The notes under the pieces are model-generated. The model made no database searches. It saw nothing but the letters and a program-made list of their open reading frames with translations, and was not told where the DNA came from. A stretch of 44,428 bases of DNA from Candidatus Binataceae bacterium. GTDB lineage: Bacteria > Desulfobacterota > Binatia > Binatales > Binataceae. Both the position numbers and the translations under genes were made by a program. Shown here piece by piece: positions 1 to 9,947 of this stretch; position 1 is the first letter of the stretch; the number at the start of each line of letters is the position of its first letter. The stretch spans positions 1 through 44,428 of the forward strand of contig JASHQJ010000212.1 of NCBI GenBank assembly GCA_030037595.1. Reading direction: 5' to 3'.

Positions 1-294
1 GCGGCGGGCCTCGATTATCCCGGCGTCGGCCCCGAGCACGCGTATCTGAAAGACAGCGGCCGCGCCGAATATCACGCCGTTACCGACGCGGAGGCGCTCG
101 AGGCGTTGAAGCTGCTCTCGGAGACGGAGGGAATCATTCCCGCGCTCGAGAGCTCGCACGCGCTGGCGCACGCATTCAAGCTCGCGCCGACGCTCAGCAA
201 GGAGCAGATAATGATCATCAACCTCTCGGGCCGCGGCGATAAAGACATGCAATCGGTCGCGAGCGCGCTCGGCGTTGAGCTCAAGGCATCATGA
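1..294 (+). CDS. trpB: Tryptophan synthase beta chain, C-terminal part (5' end outside window)
   Basis: Frame 1 is open from base 1: [24 protein letters not shown]...[12 protein letters not shown]...NLSGRGDKD, the canonical TrpB C-terminal motifs; ATGA overlap with trpA. Confidence 0.97.
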   Translation, partial: AAGLDYPGVGPEHAYLKDSGRAEYHAVTDAEALEALKLLSETEGIIPALESSHALAHAFKLAPTLSKEQIMIINLSGRGDKDMQSVASALGVELKAS

Positions 295-1139
295 AGAGCA
301 CGAATCGAGTCGCAAGGAAGTTCGCCGAGCTATACTCCCGCAACGAAGCTGCGCTGATTCCGTTTATCGTCGCCGGCGACCCGGACCTCGACTCGACACG
401 CCGTCTCGTGTTGGAGCTCGAAGCGCGAGGCGCCGACCTGATCGAGCTCGGCGTCCCGTTCTCAGATCCGATGGCCGATGGACCCGCGAATCAGCGCGCG
501 CTCGCACGCGGCCTCGGCGCCGGCGCGTCGCTCGCCGCGATTCTTTCGATGGTGAGCGAGCTTCGGCGCGAGACTCAGATACCGCTCGTCTTGTTCGGCT
601 ACTACAACCCGATTTTCCACTACGGCGTCGAGCAGCTCACGGCGGACGCCTCGAAGGCGGGAATCGACGCGCTGCTGGTCGTCGATCTGCCGCCCGAAGA
701 AGCAGGAGAGCTGAAGCGGCCGGCGCGCGCCAACGGCCTCGACGTGATCCTGTTGCTGGCGCCGACCACGCCGATCGAACGTGCGCAAAAGATCGCGCGC
801 GCGGCCTCGGGCTTCATCTACTATGTCTCCGTCGCGGGCGTGACGGGCGCGCGCTCCAGCCTGCCAACCGATCTTCGCGAGCATATAACAGAGTTGCGCG
901 CAGTCACCGATATTCCGCTCGGTGTGGGATTCGGAATCTCCACCCCCGAGCAGGCGGGCGAAGTCGCGTCATTTGCCGACGCGGTCGTGGTCGGGAGCGC
1001 GATTTCTCTGCTAATCGAGAAGCATGACAAAACTCCGGGCATGGCTGGCGCAGTGGGCGATTTGGTCGCGGCCATGAAGTCCGCGATGCGCTCGGCGCGC
1101 AACGGACATCCGCAACATCTGGAGCCGAGCGATGGCTGA
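291..1139 (+). CDS. trpA: Tryptophan synthase alpha chain
   Basis: [37 protein letters not shown] motifs; follows trpB. Confidence 0.97.
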   Translation: MKSTNRVARKFAELYSRNEAALIPFIVAGDPDLDSTRRLVLELEARGADLIELGVPFSDPMADGPANQRALARGLGAGASLAAILSMVSELRRETQIPLVLFGYYNPIFHYGVEQLTADASKAGIDALLVVDLPPEEAGELKRPARANGLDVILLLAPTTPIERAQKIARAASGFIYYVSVAGVTGARSSLPTDLREHITELRAVTDIPLGVGFGISTPEQAGEVASFADAVVVGSAISLLIEKHDKTPGMAGAVGDLVAAMKSAMRSARNGHPQHLEPSDG

Positions 1140-1998
1140 GCGACAAGTCGAGCGCGCGCCGCAGACCGGCGGCGACGATATCTGGTCGAAGTGCCCCGGC
1201 TGCCGCGAGATCGCGTTTCGCAAGGAAGTCGAGCGCAATCTCAACGTCTGCCCGAAGTGCGGCTATCACTTCCGGCTCACCGTGAGCCAGCGCCTCTCGA
1301 TAACCGTCGATCGCGGCTCGTGGCGCGAAATGCTCGAGGACCTTGCCGTGGGCGATCCGCTCGAGTTCGTCGACAGCAGGCCATATCCGGTCAGGATCGC
1401 GCAGGCCCGCGCCCAGAATGGACGCAACGATGCGGTGGTTGTGGGGCTCGCGAAAATCGAGGACCGGCCGCTGGCTCTGGCGGTGATGGATTTCGAGTTC
1501 ATGGGCGGCAGCATGGGCGTGATCGTCGGCGAGAAGCTGGCGCGGCTCTTTGATATCGCGACGCGCAAGCGCCTGCCGCTCGTTATCTTCACTTCGTCGG
1601 GCGGCGCGCGGATGCAGGAGGGGATGCTTTCGCTGATGCAGATGGCGAAAGTGTCGGCGGCAATCGCACGCCTTCGTGACGCGCGGCTGCCGTATATCGC
1701 GGTGCTCTGCGACCCGACATCAGGAGGAGTGGCGGCGTCGTTCGCGATGCTCGGTGATCTGAATATCGCGGAGCCTGGGGCGCTGATCGCTTTCGCCGGT
1801 CGGCGCGTGATCGAGCAGACCACCAATCAGCAGTTGCCCGACGACTTTCAGCGTGCGGAGTTCCTGCTCGCGCACGGCATGCTCGACGCAATCGTGCCAC
1901 GTCATCAGATGAGGTTCACGCTCGCGCGTCTGCTCGCGATGCTTTCGCGCAAGCGGGCGGCCGCGCGCGCCGGCAACGGCAAACGTCCGCGCAAGTGA
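1132..1998 (+). CDS. accD: Acetyl-CoA carboxylase carboxyltransferase beta subunit
   Basis: WSKCPGC...VCPKC zinc finger, FMGGSMG, SGGARMQEG, FAGRRVIEQT, FQRAEFL; conserved trpBA-accD-folC order. Confidence 0.97.
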   Translation: MAERQVERAPQTGGDDIWSKCPGCREIAFRKEVERNLNVCPKCGYHFRLTVSQRLSITVDRGSWREMLEDLAVGDPLEFVDSRPYPVRIAQARAQNGRNDAVVVGLAKIEDRPLALAVMDFEFMGGSMGVIVGEKLARLFDIATRKRLPLVIFTSSGGARMQEGMLSLMQMAKVSAAIARLRDARLPYIAVLCDPTSGGVAASFAMLGDLNIAEPGALIAFAGRRVIEQTTNQQLPDDFQRAEFLLAHGMLDAIVPRHQMRFTLARLLAMLSRKRAAARAGNGKRPRK

Positions 1999-2049
1999 CT
2001 CGCTGCGCCGATGAGAGCAGAAAAGCTCGCGGCGCGTTCTAAGTAGCCT

Positions 2050-2073
2050 CGCCCGTGGCTGACGCCGCGGGCG
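2050..2073. repeat. GC-rich hairpin, REP-like
   Basis: CGCCCGTGGC-TGAC-GCCGCGGGCG, 10-bp stem with one G-T pair, preceded by GTAG at 2043-2046. Confidence 0.4.
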
Positions 2074-2122
2074 GAAGCCGCACATCGGGAGAGGCTGCTC
2101 AAATAATTTTTTTCTAGTGGTG

Positions 2123-2145
2123 GCGGGCGTCCCCGCCCGCTTTGT
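2123..2145 (+). terminator. Possible intrinsic terminator or REP-like hairpin
   Basis: GCGGGCG-TCCC-CGCCCGC perfect 7-bp stem followed by TTTGT, between accD and folC. Confidence 0.45.
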
Positions 2146-2228
2146 CTGGCAAGTGAAATCGACGCCGGATGAGGACGCGACCCGTATTCTTTCTTGACGC
2201 GCACTCGCCCGTTAGACTTTGTTCCCGC

Positions 2229-3539
2229 ATGGAGCGGCTGCAAAAGACTCTTGACTGGCTCTACTCGCTCGAAGCACGCGGCGAGATTTACAAGCTCGAG
2301 CGGATGGATCGCGCGCTCGAACTGATCGGCAATCCGCATCGAAACCTGCGCGCCGTCCATATTGCCGGGACCAAGGGCAAGGGCTCGGTGGCCGCGATGC
2401 TCGACAGCGTGCTCCGCGCAGCGGGTCTCAAGGTGGGGCTCTACACCAAGCCGCACCTGGTGAACCTATCGGAGCGCACGCGGATTGACGGTGTGGAAAT
2501 TCCCGCGGCGCGCATGCTCGACTACATCGAGCGGCTCCGGGTGCTTTACGATCGCGCCGGCCTCGCGCTCACGTTCTTCGAATTCACCGTTGCGATGATG
2601 TTTCTCTACTTCGGCGACGAGAAAGTCGACCTCGCCGTAATCGAGACCGGCCTCGGCGGTCGCCTCGATTCGACCAACGTCGTGACGCCGATTCTGAGCG
2701 TGATCACGCCGATCGGATTCGATCACATGGAGTATCTCGGGTACACGATTCCCAAGATCGCAGCCGAGAAGGGTGGAATCATCAAACCCGATGTCCCCGT
2801 TGTGATCGGCGCGCGCGACGAGGAAGCGCGTACCACGTTACTTGGAATTGCCGCGCAACGGCGCTCAGCAGTGCTACTGAACGATCGCGACTTCAGCTTC
2901 GTTTCGCACGCACCCGCACATCGAATTGACTATCAGGGCCTCGGTCTCAGGCTGAACGATGTAGAGCTCGCGCTCGCAGGTCCGTTCCAACACGAGAATG
3001 CCGCGATCGCTATCGCGACCATCGAAGCGCTGGGCGCGCAGGGCTATCGAATCGAGGAGGATCAGATTCGCTCCGGACTCCGCGACCTTTCCTGGCCGGG
3101 ACGTTTCGATATCGTTTCGCGCCAGCCGCTCGTGATTCTCGATTGCGCGCACAACGAGATGAGTATCGCGGCGCTGCTCGAGACGCTCGCGGTTGAATTC
3201 GGCGCTGATGAAAAGCCGCGGCTCGTGTTCGGATGCCTGGCCGACAAGGAATGGCAGCGGATGGCGGCGATGCTCGCGCCTCGCGTGCGCGACGTGACGC
3301 TCACGCGCGTCAAGCCTAAGCGCCCGCTCGATCCGGAAAACCTGGTGCCCGAATTCGCGCGACACGTTCCCGTCCGCGTGATACGCGAGCCGCTGCAGGC
3401 GGTCGCGCGCGTGATGGAGGAAATCGGTCCCGACGACGTAGCGCTTGTGACGGGTTCCGTGTATCTTATCGGCGAAGTTTATCCTTACTTTCTGGCCCGG
3501 GCGGGCAGAGGCGGGTTGTTTCCTGATCGTCACGCGTAA
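2229..3539 (+). CDS. folC: Folylpolyglutamate synthase / dihydrofolate synthase
   Basis: HIAGTKGKGS, GLYTKPHL, IETGLGGRLDSTN, WPGRF, LDCAHN, VTGSVYLIG; start moved to ATG 2229 (MERLQKTLDWLYSL). Confidence 0.95.
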   Translation: MERLQKTLDWLYSLEARGEIYKLERMDRALELIGNPHRNLRAVHIAGTKGKGSVAAMLDSVLRAAGLKVGLYTKPHLVNLSERTRIDGVEIPAARMLDYIERLRVLYDRAGLALTFFEFTVAMMFLYFGDEKVDLAVIETGLGGRLDSTNVVTPILSVITPIGFDHMEYLGYTIPKIAAEKGGIIKPDVPVVIGARDEEARTTLLGIAAQRRSAVLLNDRDFSFVSHAPAHRIDYQGLGLRLNDVELALAGPFQHENAAIAIATIEALGAQGYRIEEDQIRSGLRDLSWPGRFDIVSRQPLVILDCAHNEMSIAALLETLAVEFGADEKPRLVFGCLADKEWQRMAAMLAPRVRDVTLTRVKPKRPLDPENLVPEFARHVPVRVIREPLQAVARVMEEIGPDDVALVTGSVYLIGEVYPYFLARAGRGGLFPDRHA

Positions 3540-6075
3540 AACACTCTGGATCGTTACAATCGCGGCCACGCTCGCGTGTTGGCCGACGCTCGCCGCTGCT
3601 CAGTTCACGCCGGGTAATCGCCCGAAAACCAAGAAGGTCGCTGGACCGCCGCCGCAGGTCAAAGAAGAACACGGCGAGCCGGTCAACGTCACCGGCCAGG
3701 AAACTATCTTCGACTCCCGCAACGACGTTTTCACCGTCAAAGGTGACGCCGTCATGACACAGGGCGGCAGCGTCCTGAAGGCGGATCAAATCGACGTCTA
3801 TCGGCGCCAACGCCAGGCGCGCGCGACCGGCAATGTTCATCTTATCGACCCCGACGTTGAGATGTGGGCGACCGAGGCGACTATCGATCTGAATCGCGAG
3901 GCCCTCGTTCTTTACAATGCCAAGGTCTATGCGCGGCACGACACGTATCACCTGGCGGGCGAGAAGATCGAAAAACTCGAAGGTCCGAACTACGAGATCA
4001 CCAAGGGGTTCTTCACGACCTGCGGATGCCGTAAGAATGCTCCCGACTGGGCGATCGCGGCCGACCAGATGGATGTAACCGTCGGCGGCAAGGGGACCGC
4101 GAACAACGCCTCGTTTAACGTGCTCGGCTATCCGGTTGCGAAGTTGCCATTTGCGGTTTTTCCGGCCGACAGCCAGCGCCAGAGCGGATTCCTGTCGAGC
4201 CGCGAAGGCGAATCGAGCATCCGCGGATTTCAGTATCTGCAACCTTATTACTGGGCGATTAACAAAAGCTCTGACGCTACCTTCGCCCTCGACGTCGAAA
4301 CCTCGCAGCGAATCGGCGGGATGGGCGAGTACCGGCTGACCAACGGCGCCGACGATTATTTCTGGGCCGACGCGGCGTACTACAACGAAGCGATTCGCTC
4401 CGACCAGAACCGCGAAAACGATATCGTTGACAACCAGATTGCCGATACCACGATTCCCGAGAACCGCTGGGACGGGATCGCGATGATGCGGCAGCATCTG
4501 ACCGACAGTATCACCCTCTACGGCGACGCGATGACCGTCAGCGATTCGCTCCTGTTGCGCGAGGTCAACACCTGGACGCTGTCGAGCGGCTTCGGCAACG
4601 ATTTCGCCTCGCTGCGCAATGCGATCTCAAATTTCGGCCTGCTCGATTCCTTCGAGAATGGCTTCGCGCGTATCCAGGGGACTTACAATCAGGACCTGAT
4701 TCAGCCGCAGACTTTCGCGCTCCAGCGCCTGCCCGAAGCGCTGCTGAGCGGCCGCCAGGGTATGGGCTCGTTCGGATTCCTCGATTACGACGCGAGCGCG
4801 ACGAACTTCTACCGCGACGAAGGGCTCAGCGGATGGCGCTTCGATGCCAACCCGCAATACACCCTGCCGTTCCGCCTCGGCGACTACGCGACCGCTTACG
4901 GCAGGGTGGGTGCCCTGACGAACGTGTGGGGAACGTCGGGCAATCAGCTCAATATCATTCCGGTTGGAACCGACCACTTGGTTTACAACAACGGCATATC
5001 GCTCGGGCCGGGGACACACACCGAATGGAAGGGCAACGCCATTCCCTATGTGCAGACGGGGATATCGACGATTCTTGATCGGGTCTTCGACGTCAACGGC
5101 ACCTCGATCGAGAAGCTCAAGAACTCGATCGAACCGTTCGTGAATTACTCTTACGTTCCGCGCATCTCGCAGGGCAACGATCCGCTGTTCGATCAATACG
5201 ATCGCATGGAGTCGCGGAGCCTCGTAACGTATGGTTTCACGACGCGGCTCTTCGCCCGCGTCAAGAATCCGCCCCAGACCGAGAGCAACGAAGAAGCGCC
5301 CGATCAGATGCCCGACGGTGGAGGCAGCTCCACGACGATGCAGAGCGAGAACTCTGCGACCGGAGTTTCAGCGATCAACGGCCAGCAGAGTCCATGGCGC
5401 CTGCTCGCGCCGAACGCGGGCCAGATGATCAAGAACGGCGACCATATCGACGAGCTCGGCCAGCTGACGATCCAGCAAGCCTACGACGTCTCGCATGATA
5501 TCTCGGCTGACGCCTCGCACATCTCCGACCTTCAAGGATTGCTGAGTATCTACCCGACTTCGCTCGTGTCACTCGGCTCAGAGCTTGACTACAATCCGCG
5601 CGGCCACGCGGGTATCACATACACCAACTTCTTCCTAAACCTGCAGCCGCCTCCGAGCTGGCAAAGGCAGCCCAAGCTGTACATGGGCAATGCCGTCGAA
5701 GGAACCTTCATGGAGCTCTCATACAGCTACGTGAGTCCGCAGGACACTGTTATCAAGAGCACTGCCAAAAACGGCAGCCAATTAGCGACCTTGCGCGCAT
5801 ATTCAGATCTATATGACTACCTCGGCGTCTATATCGCGCCGAGCTATGACTTCGCTGCCGGCCGCCTGCTCGCTGCCGAGTATGGCGCCCGGCTCAAGTC
5901 ACCGTGCGATTGCTGGGCTTTCGACGCGGGCATGACGCAATCCTACAACCCGAACGAAGTATCGTTCCAGTTCCAGCTCACCCTTGGCGGACTCGGCTCG
6001 CTTGGTCAGAGTCCATTCGGCCGCAATCCATTCCAAATCATGAACGGACCCACGAGCATCATCCCCGGCTTCTGA
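3523..6075 (+). CDS. lptD: LPS-assembly outer membrane protein LptD
   Basis: OstA-like N-terminus (LKADQI, ATGNVHL), FTTC, RQSGFL, PYYWAIN, C-terminal CDCWAF and FQFQLTL. Frame is open from 3451 and encodes a signal peptide; start placed tentatively at CTG 3523 (first ATG is 3754). Confidence 0.85.
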   Translation: MIVTRKTLWIVTIAATLACWPTLAAAQFTPGNRPKTKKVAGPPPQVKEEHGEPVNVTGQETIFDSRNDVFTVKGDAVMTQGGSVLKADQIDVYRRQRQARATGNVHLIDPDVEMWATEATIDLNREALVLYNAKVYARHDTYHLAGEKIEKLEGPNYEITKGFFTTCGCRKNAPDWAIAADQMDVTVGGKGTANNASFNVLGYPVAKLPFAVFPADSQRQSGFLSSREGESSIRGFQYLQPYYWAINKSSDATFALDVETSQRIGGMGEYRLTNGADDYFWADAAYYNEAIRSDQNRENDIVDNQIADTTIPENRWDGIAMMRQHLTDSITLYGDAMTVSDSLLLREVNTWTLSSGFGNDFASLRNAISNFGLLDSFENGFARIQGTYNQDLIQPQTFALQRLPEALLSGRQGMGSFGFLDYDASATNFYRDEGLSGWRFDANPQYTLPFRLGDYATAYGRVGALTNVWGTSGNQLNIIPVGTDHLVYNNGISLGPGTHTEWKGNAIPYVQTGISTILDRVFDVNGTSIEKLKNSIEPFVNYSYVPRISQGNDPLFDQYDRMESRSLVTYGFTTRLFARVKNPPQTESNEEAPDQMPDGGGSSTTMQSENSATGVSAINGQQSPWRLLAPNAGQMIKNGDHIDELGQLTIQQAYDVSHDISADASHISDLQGLLSIYPTSLVSLGSELDYNPRGHAGITYTNFFLNLQPPPSWQRQPKLYMGNAVEGTFMELSYSYVSPQDTVIKSTAKNGSQLATLRAYSDLYDYLGVYIAPSYDFAAGRLLAAEYGARLKSPCDCWAFDAGMTQSYNPNEVSFQFQLTLGGLGSLGQSPFGRNPFQIMNGPTSIIPGF

Positions 6076-6087
6076 GGCCGCTTCTAT

Positions 6088-6990
6088 CTAGAAATACAGA
6101 AGCGCGATATCGGCGAGCAGCCAGAGTGCGACCGAGATTAGCAGCGGGGTGTCGCTGAGCAGCAGCAGCGCCGGATCGCCGCCCTCGTTGCGCTCGGCGA
6201 TCAAGTACAGGTAGCGCAGGATCCCGAACGCCACGAAAGGCACGGTGAGGTACAAATGGCGGGTGCCGAGCTTGCTCTCGACCTCGCTCGACGCAGTGTA
6301 AATCATGTAGCCGACCATGGTTGCGCCCGCGACAATCGAGATCATCTGATCAATCAATCGCACGCTGTAGTATTGGAGCGCGCCACGATGCGCGGTCGCC
6401 GCGTCGCCTAGCGCGATCAGCTCGTGTCGGCGCCGTCCCAATACCAGCAGCAGCGCCAGCGCAAACGTGATGAACGCGAGCCATGGCGAGACTTCGGCGT
6501 TTATCGCTGCACCTCCCGCAAACGCGCGCATCACGAAGCCGATCGCGACCGCAATTATGTCGACCACCATCACGCGCTTGGCCCAGAAGGAGTAGGCGCC
6601 CTGCAGCACGGCGTAAAGCACGGCAATTTCAACGAAGGCCCATCCGAGCAGGATGCTCAAAACGAGCGCGATCGCGCCCAGAGCCATTGCCAGACGCTGC
6701 GCCGCTTCAACGGTGATGTCACCGCGCGCGAGCGGGCGGTCACGCTTTTCGGGATTCAGCCGGTCGGCGTCGCGATCGACGATATCGTTGACGACGTAGG
6801 CGGTGCTCGAGAGCGCGCAGAACGCGACGAACGCGGTGAGCGCAAGGATCAGATCATGAAACACGAACAGGCGCTTGGCGAACACCAACGCCGCCAGCAC
6901 CAGCAGGTTCTTGATCCACTGATGCGGGCGCATCAGGCGGATTATTGTCGCGCGGCTGGGCGCGATCTCAGCCGCTACTGCTAATGCCAT
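6088..6990 (-). CDS. UbiA-family prenyltransferase (decaprenyl-phosphate phosphoribosyltransferase-like)
   Basis: RPHQWIKNLLV, YVVNDIVDRDADRLNPEKRDRPLARG, RRRHEL, GILRYLYL; multiple TM segments. Confidence 0.88.
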   Translation of the reverse strand: MALAVAAEIAPSRATIIRLMRPHQWIKNLLVLAALVFAKRLFVFHDLILALTAFVAFCALSSTAYVVNDIVDRDADRLNPEKRDRPLARGDITVEAAQRLAMALGAIALVLSILLGWAFVEIAVLYAVLQGAYSFWAKRVMVVDIIAVAIGFVMRAFAGGAAINAEVSPWLAFITFALALLLVLGRRRHELIALGDAATAHRGALQYYSVRLIDQMISIVAGATMVGYMIYTASSEVESKLGTRHLYLTVPFVAFGILRYLYLIAERNEGGDPALLLLSDTPLLISVALWLLADIALLYF

Positions 6991-7045
6991 CGTAGATGGT
7001 TGTATTAGCGCCGGCCTAGCCGCGCAAGATAAGCACGGCTTGATT

Positions 7046-7072
7046 TTGACTTCTTACGTAGGGCGTAATAAT
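7046..7072 (+). promoter_or_regulatory. higBA promoter with inverted-repeat operator
   Basis: TTGACT (7046-7051), TAATAAT (7066-7072), and the palindrome TTACG-taggg-CGTAA (7054-7068) just upstream of GTG 7077. Confidence 0.55.
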
Positions 7073-7076
7073 CTCA

Positions 7077-7355
7077 GTGCTAAGGACGTTTCGATGCAAG
7101 GATACCGAGGCGCTCTTTTCCCGTAATCGACGTCCCCGCTTCAGGAACATCGAGAGCCTCGCCCGTCGTAAGCTCGTCATGTTGAACAGCGCGGAATCAC
7201 TGCAGGACCTGCGTGCTGTTCCCGGCAATCGGCTGGAGCAGCTTTACGGAGATCGTCTCGGTTGGCACAGCATTCGAATCAACGACCAATGGCGGCTCTG
7301 TTTAATCTGGCGAGGCCGCGACGGCTACGACGTTGAGATTGACGATTATCACTGA
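7077..7355 (+). CDS. higB: HigB-type (RelE/ParE superfamily) toxin
   Basis: ARRKLVML, DLRAVPGNRLEQL, HSIRINDQWRLC, C-terminal EIDDYH. Confidence 0.93.
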   Translation: MLRTFRCKDTEALFSRNRRPRFRNIESLARRKLVMLNSAESLQDLRAVPGNRLEQLYGDRLGWHSIRINDQWRLCLIWRGRDGYDVEIDDYH

Positions 7356-7364
7356 GGAGTTGCA

Positions 7365-7676
7365 ATGATTAACCGGCCTAAGAAGCTTCCGCCGATCCAT
7401 CCTGGCGAGATATTGCGTGAAGAATTTTTGAGGCCCTTGGGCATGAACATGAACAACCTCGCCATAGAATTGCACGTTCCGGCGAACCGGATCACTCAAA
7501 TTGTGGAGGGGCGGCGAAGCGTCACTGGCGAGACCGCGCTCAGGCTTGCGCGCTACTTTGGTACCTCTGCGGAGTTCTGGCTGAGTATACAAAAGGATTA
7601 CGATTTAGAGATCGCGCGTGACGAGTTCGAAACAGAGGTCAAGCGCCAGGTGCGGCCCCGGGACAAAGCCGCCTGA
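7365..7676 (+). CDS. higA: HigA antitoxin (Xre HTH)
   Basis: HPGEILREEFL, TALRLARYFGTSAEFWL..Q..YDL; GAGGAG RBS; directly after the toxin. Confidence 0.95.
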   Translation: MINRPKKLPPIHPGEILREEFLRPLGMNMNNLAIELHVPANRITQIVEGRRSVTGETALRLARYFGTSAEFWLSIQKDYDLEIARDEFETEVKRQVRPRDKAA

Positions 7677-7811
7677 TCTATATAGCCGCGGCCGCGCTCG
7701 ACCGACCGCCATCTACGACAGCGGCTTGCGGCTCCGTTCGTTAAGTTGCGACGGTACCTGACGAGATAGCGCTCTTGACCGGACCCGCGAAAGCCGTGAA
7801 TTGTACGCTCA

Positions 7812-8873
7812 ATGAGTACTGACACCCAGGAAAAAACCGGTCCTTCGGCCACGATTGATCTCGCCGGCCTCAAACGATTTGTCGACGAGCGCAAGCTCGG
7901 CTCGACCCACGATCTCCGCTCGGAGAACATCTCGTTCGGCCATTCGAACGAGGTTCACCTCGTGCACTTCGATGGCAACTCGTGGGCGCTGAGGCGCCCG
8001 CCGCGCGGCCCGCTGCTTCCAACCGCGCACGACGTGATGCGCGAGTATCGCGTGCTGAAGGCGCTGCAGGATACTCCCGTGCCCGTGCCGCGGGTCTACG
8101 CCGGCACCGATGATACGTCTTATATCGGGGCGCCGTTCTACCTCATGGAGTACATGAAGGGCGAGGTGGTCCGCGCCGATGGCAAGAGCTTCGCGCGCAC
8201 GCCCGAAATTCGTCACCGCATCAGCGAAGGAATGGTTGACACGCTAGTCGCGCTGCAGGAAGTCGATTGGCGCGCCGTCGGCCTCGAAGGATTCGGCCGC
8301 CCCGACGGCTACCTCGAGCGCCAGCTTCGCCGCTGGACCGATCAGCTCGAACGCACGCTTCCGCATACGCGGCCATTGCCGGTAATGGACAAGGTCAAGG
8401 AATGGCTGCGCGCGCGGATCCCGGAGTCGCCCGCGCCAACGATCGTCCACGGCGACTACAAGCTCGACAACGTGATGTTCGATCGGGCAACCGTCAAAGT
8501 GATCGCGGTGTTCGACTGGGAGATGTCAACGATTGGCGATCCGCTCGCCGATCTCGGCTGGATGCTGAGTTACTGGAGCGATCCGAAAGAGTCGGCAACG
8601 GCGGGCACCGTTATATCGAGCATGGCGGCAGAGTCGGGATGGATGTCGCGCGCCGAAATAATCGAGCGCTACGAAAAGCGCACTGGGCGCGTGCTGCGCG
8701 ACTTTCCATTCTACCAAGCGTTCGCGATTTTCAAGCTCGCGATCATCCTTGAGGGCAGTTACGCGCGGTTCCTGCGCGGCCAGGCCGACGATCCGCTCTT
8801 TGCGGGTTTCACCGAGCGCGTGCCGGCACTAGCCGATGCCGCGTGGGCGGTGTGCCAGTCGGCGACTCACTAG
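7812..8873 (+). CDS. Phosphotransferase (APH/kinase-like) family protein, type often linked to acyl-CoA metabolism
   Basis: LRRPP, AHDVMREYRVL, HGDYKLDNV, FDWEMSTIGDPLADLG. Confidence 0.88.
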   Translation: MSTDTQEKTGPSATIDLAGLKRFVDERKLGSTHDLRSENISFGHSNEVHLVHFDGNSWALRRPPRGPLLPTAHDVMREYRVLKALQDTPVPVPRVYAGTDDTSYIGAPFYLMEYMKGEVVRADGKSFARTPEIRHRISEGMVDTLVALQEVDWRAVGLEGFGRPDGYLERQLRRWTDQLERTLPHTRPLPVMDKVKEWLRARIPESPAPTIVHGDYKLDNVMFDRATVKVIAVFDWEMSTIGDPLADLGWMLSYWSDPKESATAGTVISSMAAESGWMSRAEIIERYEKRTGRVLRDFPFYQAFAIFKLAIILEGSYARFLRGQADDPLFAGFTERVPALADAAWAVCQSATH

Positions 8874-8897
8874 GCCGCGTGGCATGGAGGCCATACC

Positions 8898-9734
8898 ATG
8901 AGCGACTACAAGTTTATCGTCGTCGAGGATGCCACTCCGGCGGTGCGGCGCATCGCGCTCAACCGCCCGGAGAAGCGCAACGCCCTCTCCAATGCGCTCC
9001 GCGGTGAGTTGTTCGACGCGCTGCGCCAGGCCGACCTCGATCAGTCGATCGGCGCGATCATTATCAAGGGCAACGGCAAGTGCTTCAGCGCGGGTTACGA
9101 TCTTTCGCAAGCGCCGGGAGAGCCGCTGCCGCGCCACGTATCGCCCGGCGAGGGAATCTGGCCGCGGCATCTGGTGGACGGATGGTTCGAGATGTGGGAC
9201 ATGGCGACTCCCGTGATCGCGCAGGTGCACGGCTACTGCCTCGCAGGCGGCAGCGAGCTCGCAACCGCGTGCGACCTGGTTTACTGCGCCGAGGATGCGC
9301 AGATCGGCTACCCGCCCGTGCGCGCGATGTCCACGCCCGATTGTGCCTATCATCCGTGGGTGATGGGCATGCGGCACGCGATGGAGATGATGCTGACGGG
9401 CGACTCGATCAGCGGAATGGAAGCCGCGCAATACGGCTACGCCAACCGCGCGTTTCCTGCCGAGCGGCTGGAAGCCGAGGTGCTAACGATCGCGGAGCGG
9501 GTTGCCAAGATCCCGCGCGATCTGCAGGCGCTCAACAAGCGCGTCGTACATCGCGCGATGGAAGTGATGGGCGCGCGCGCGGCGATCCGCTCGGCGACGG
9601 AGATCCAGGCGCTCTGCTTCCATCAGCAGTCGTCACGCGATTACATGAAGAAGATGCGCGAGAGTGTGACCAAGGCGCTCGACGAGCGCGACTCGAAGTT
9701 TGCCGACTATCGAACCGCCGCGAAGAAAAAGTAG
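8898..9734 (+). CDS. Enoyl-CoA hydratase/isomerase family protein
   Basis: LNRPEKRNAL, FSAGYDL, IAQVHGYCLAGGSEL; GGAGG RBS. Confidence 0.92.
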   Translation: MSDYKFIVVEDATPAVRRIALNRPEKRNALSNALRGELFDALRQADLDQSIGAIIIKGNGKCFSAGYDLSQAPGEPLPRHVSPGEGIWPRHLVDGWFEMWDMATPVIAQVHGYCLAGGSELATACDLVYCAEDAQIGYPPVRAMSTPDCAYHPWVMGMRHAMEMMLTGDSISGMEAAQYGYANRAFPAERLEAEVLTIAERVAKIPRDLQALNKRVVHRAMEVMGARAAIRSATEIQALCFHQQSSRDYMKKMRESVTKALDERDSKFADYRTAAKKK

Positions 9735-9764
9735 CGCGCATCCGCGACGGCAATAGGCTGCGAT

Positions 9765-9935
9765 ATGGTGCTGCACGCTATCATCTTTGTGATTCTCGGC
9801 CTGATCGCGGCTGTGATCATGACGGCCGTAACCCTGGCGGCAATCACCATCGTCATCTTCGTGATCGCTTCGATCGGCAATCTCTTCAGCCGGCCGGCGC
9901 GCGTCCCCGACTCACTCAGCCAGCCGCCGAATTAA
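9765..9935 (+). CDS. Small hydrophobic membrane protein (56 aa), absent from the ORF track
   Basis: MVLHAIIFVILGLIAAVIMTAVTLAAITIVIFVIASIGNLFSRPARVPDSLSQPPN*; fills the gap between two genes; TAGGCT 5 nt before the ATG. Confidence 0.6.
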   Translation: MVLHAIIFVILGLIAAVIMTAVTLAAITIVIFVIASIGNLFSRPARVPDSLSQPPN

Positions 9936-9947
9936 AGGACTTGCGCG

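Noticed and set aside
2194-2218. TTGACG...TAGACT as the folC sigma70 promoter
   Set aside because: Spacer is only 13 bp
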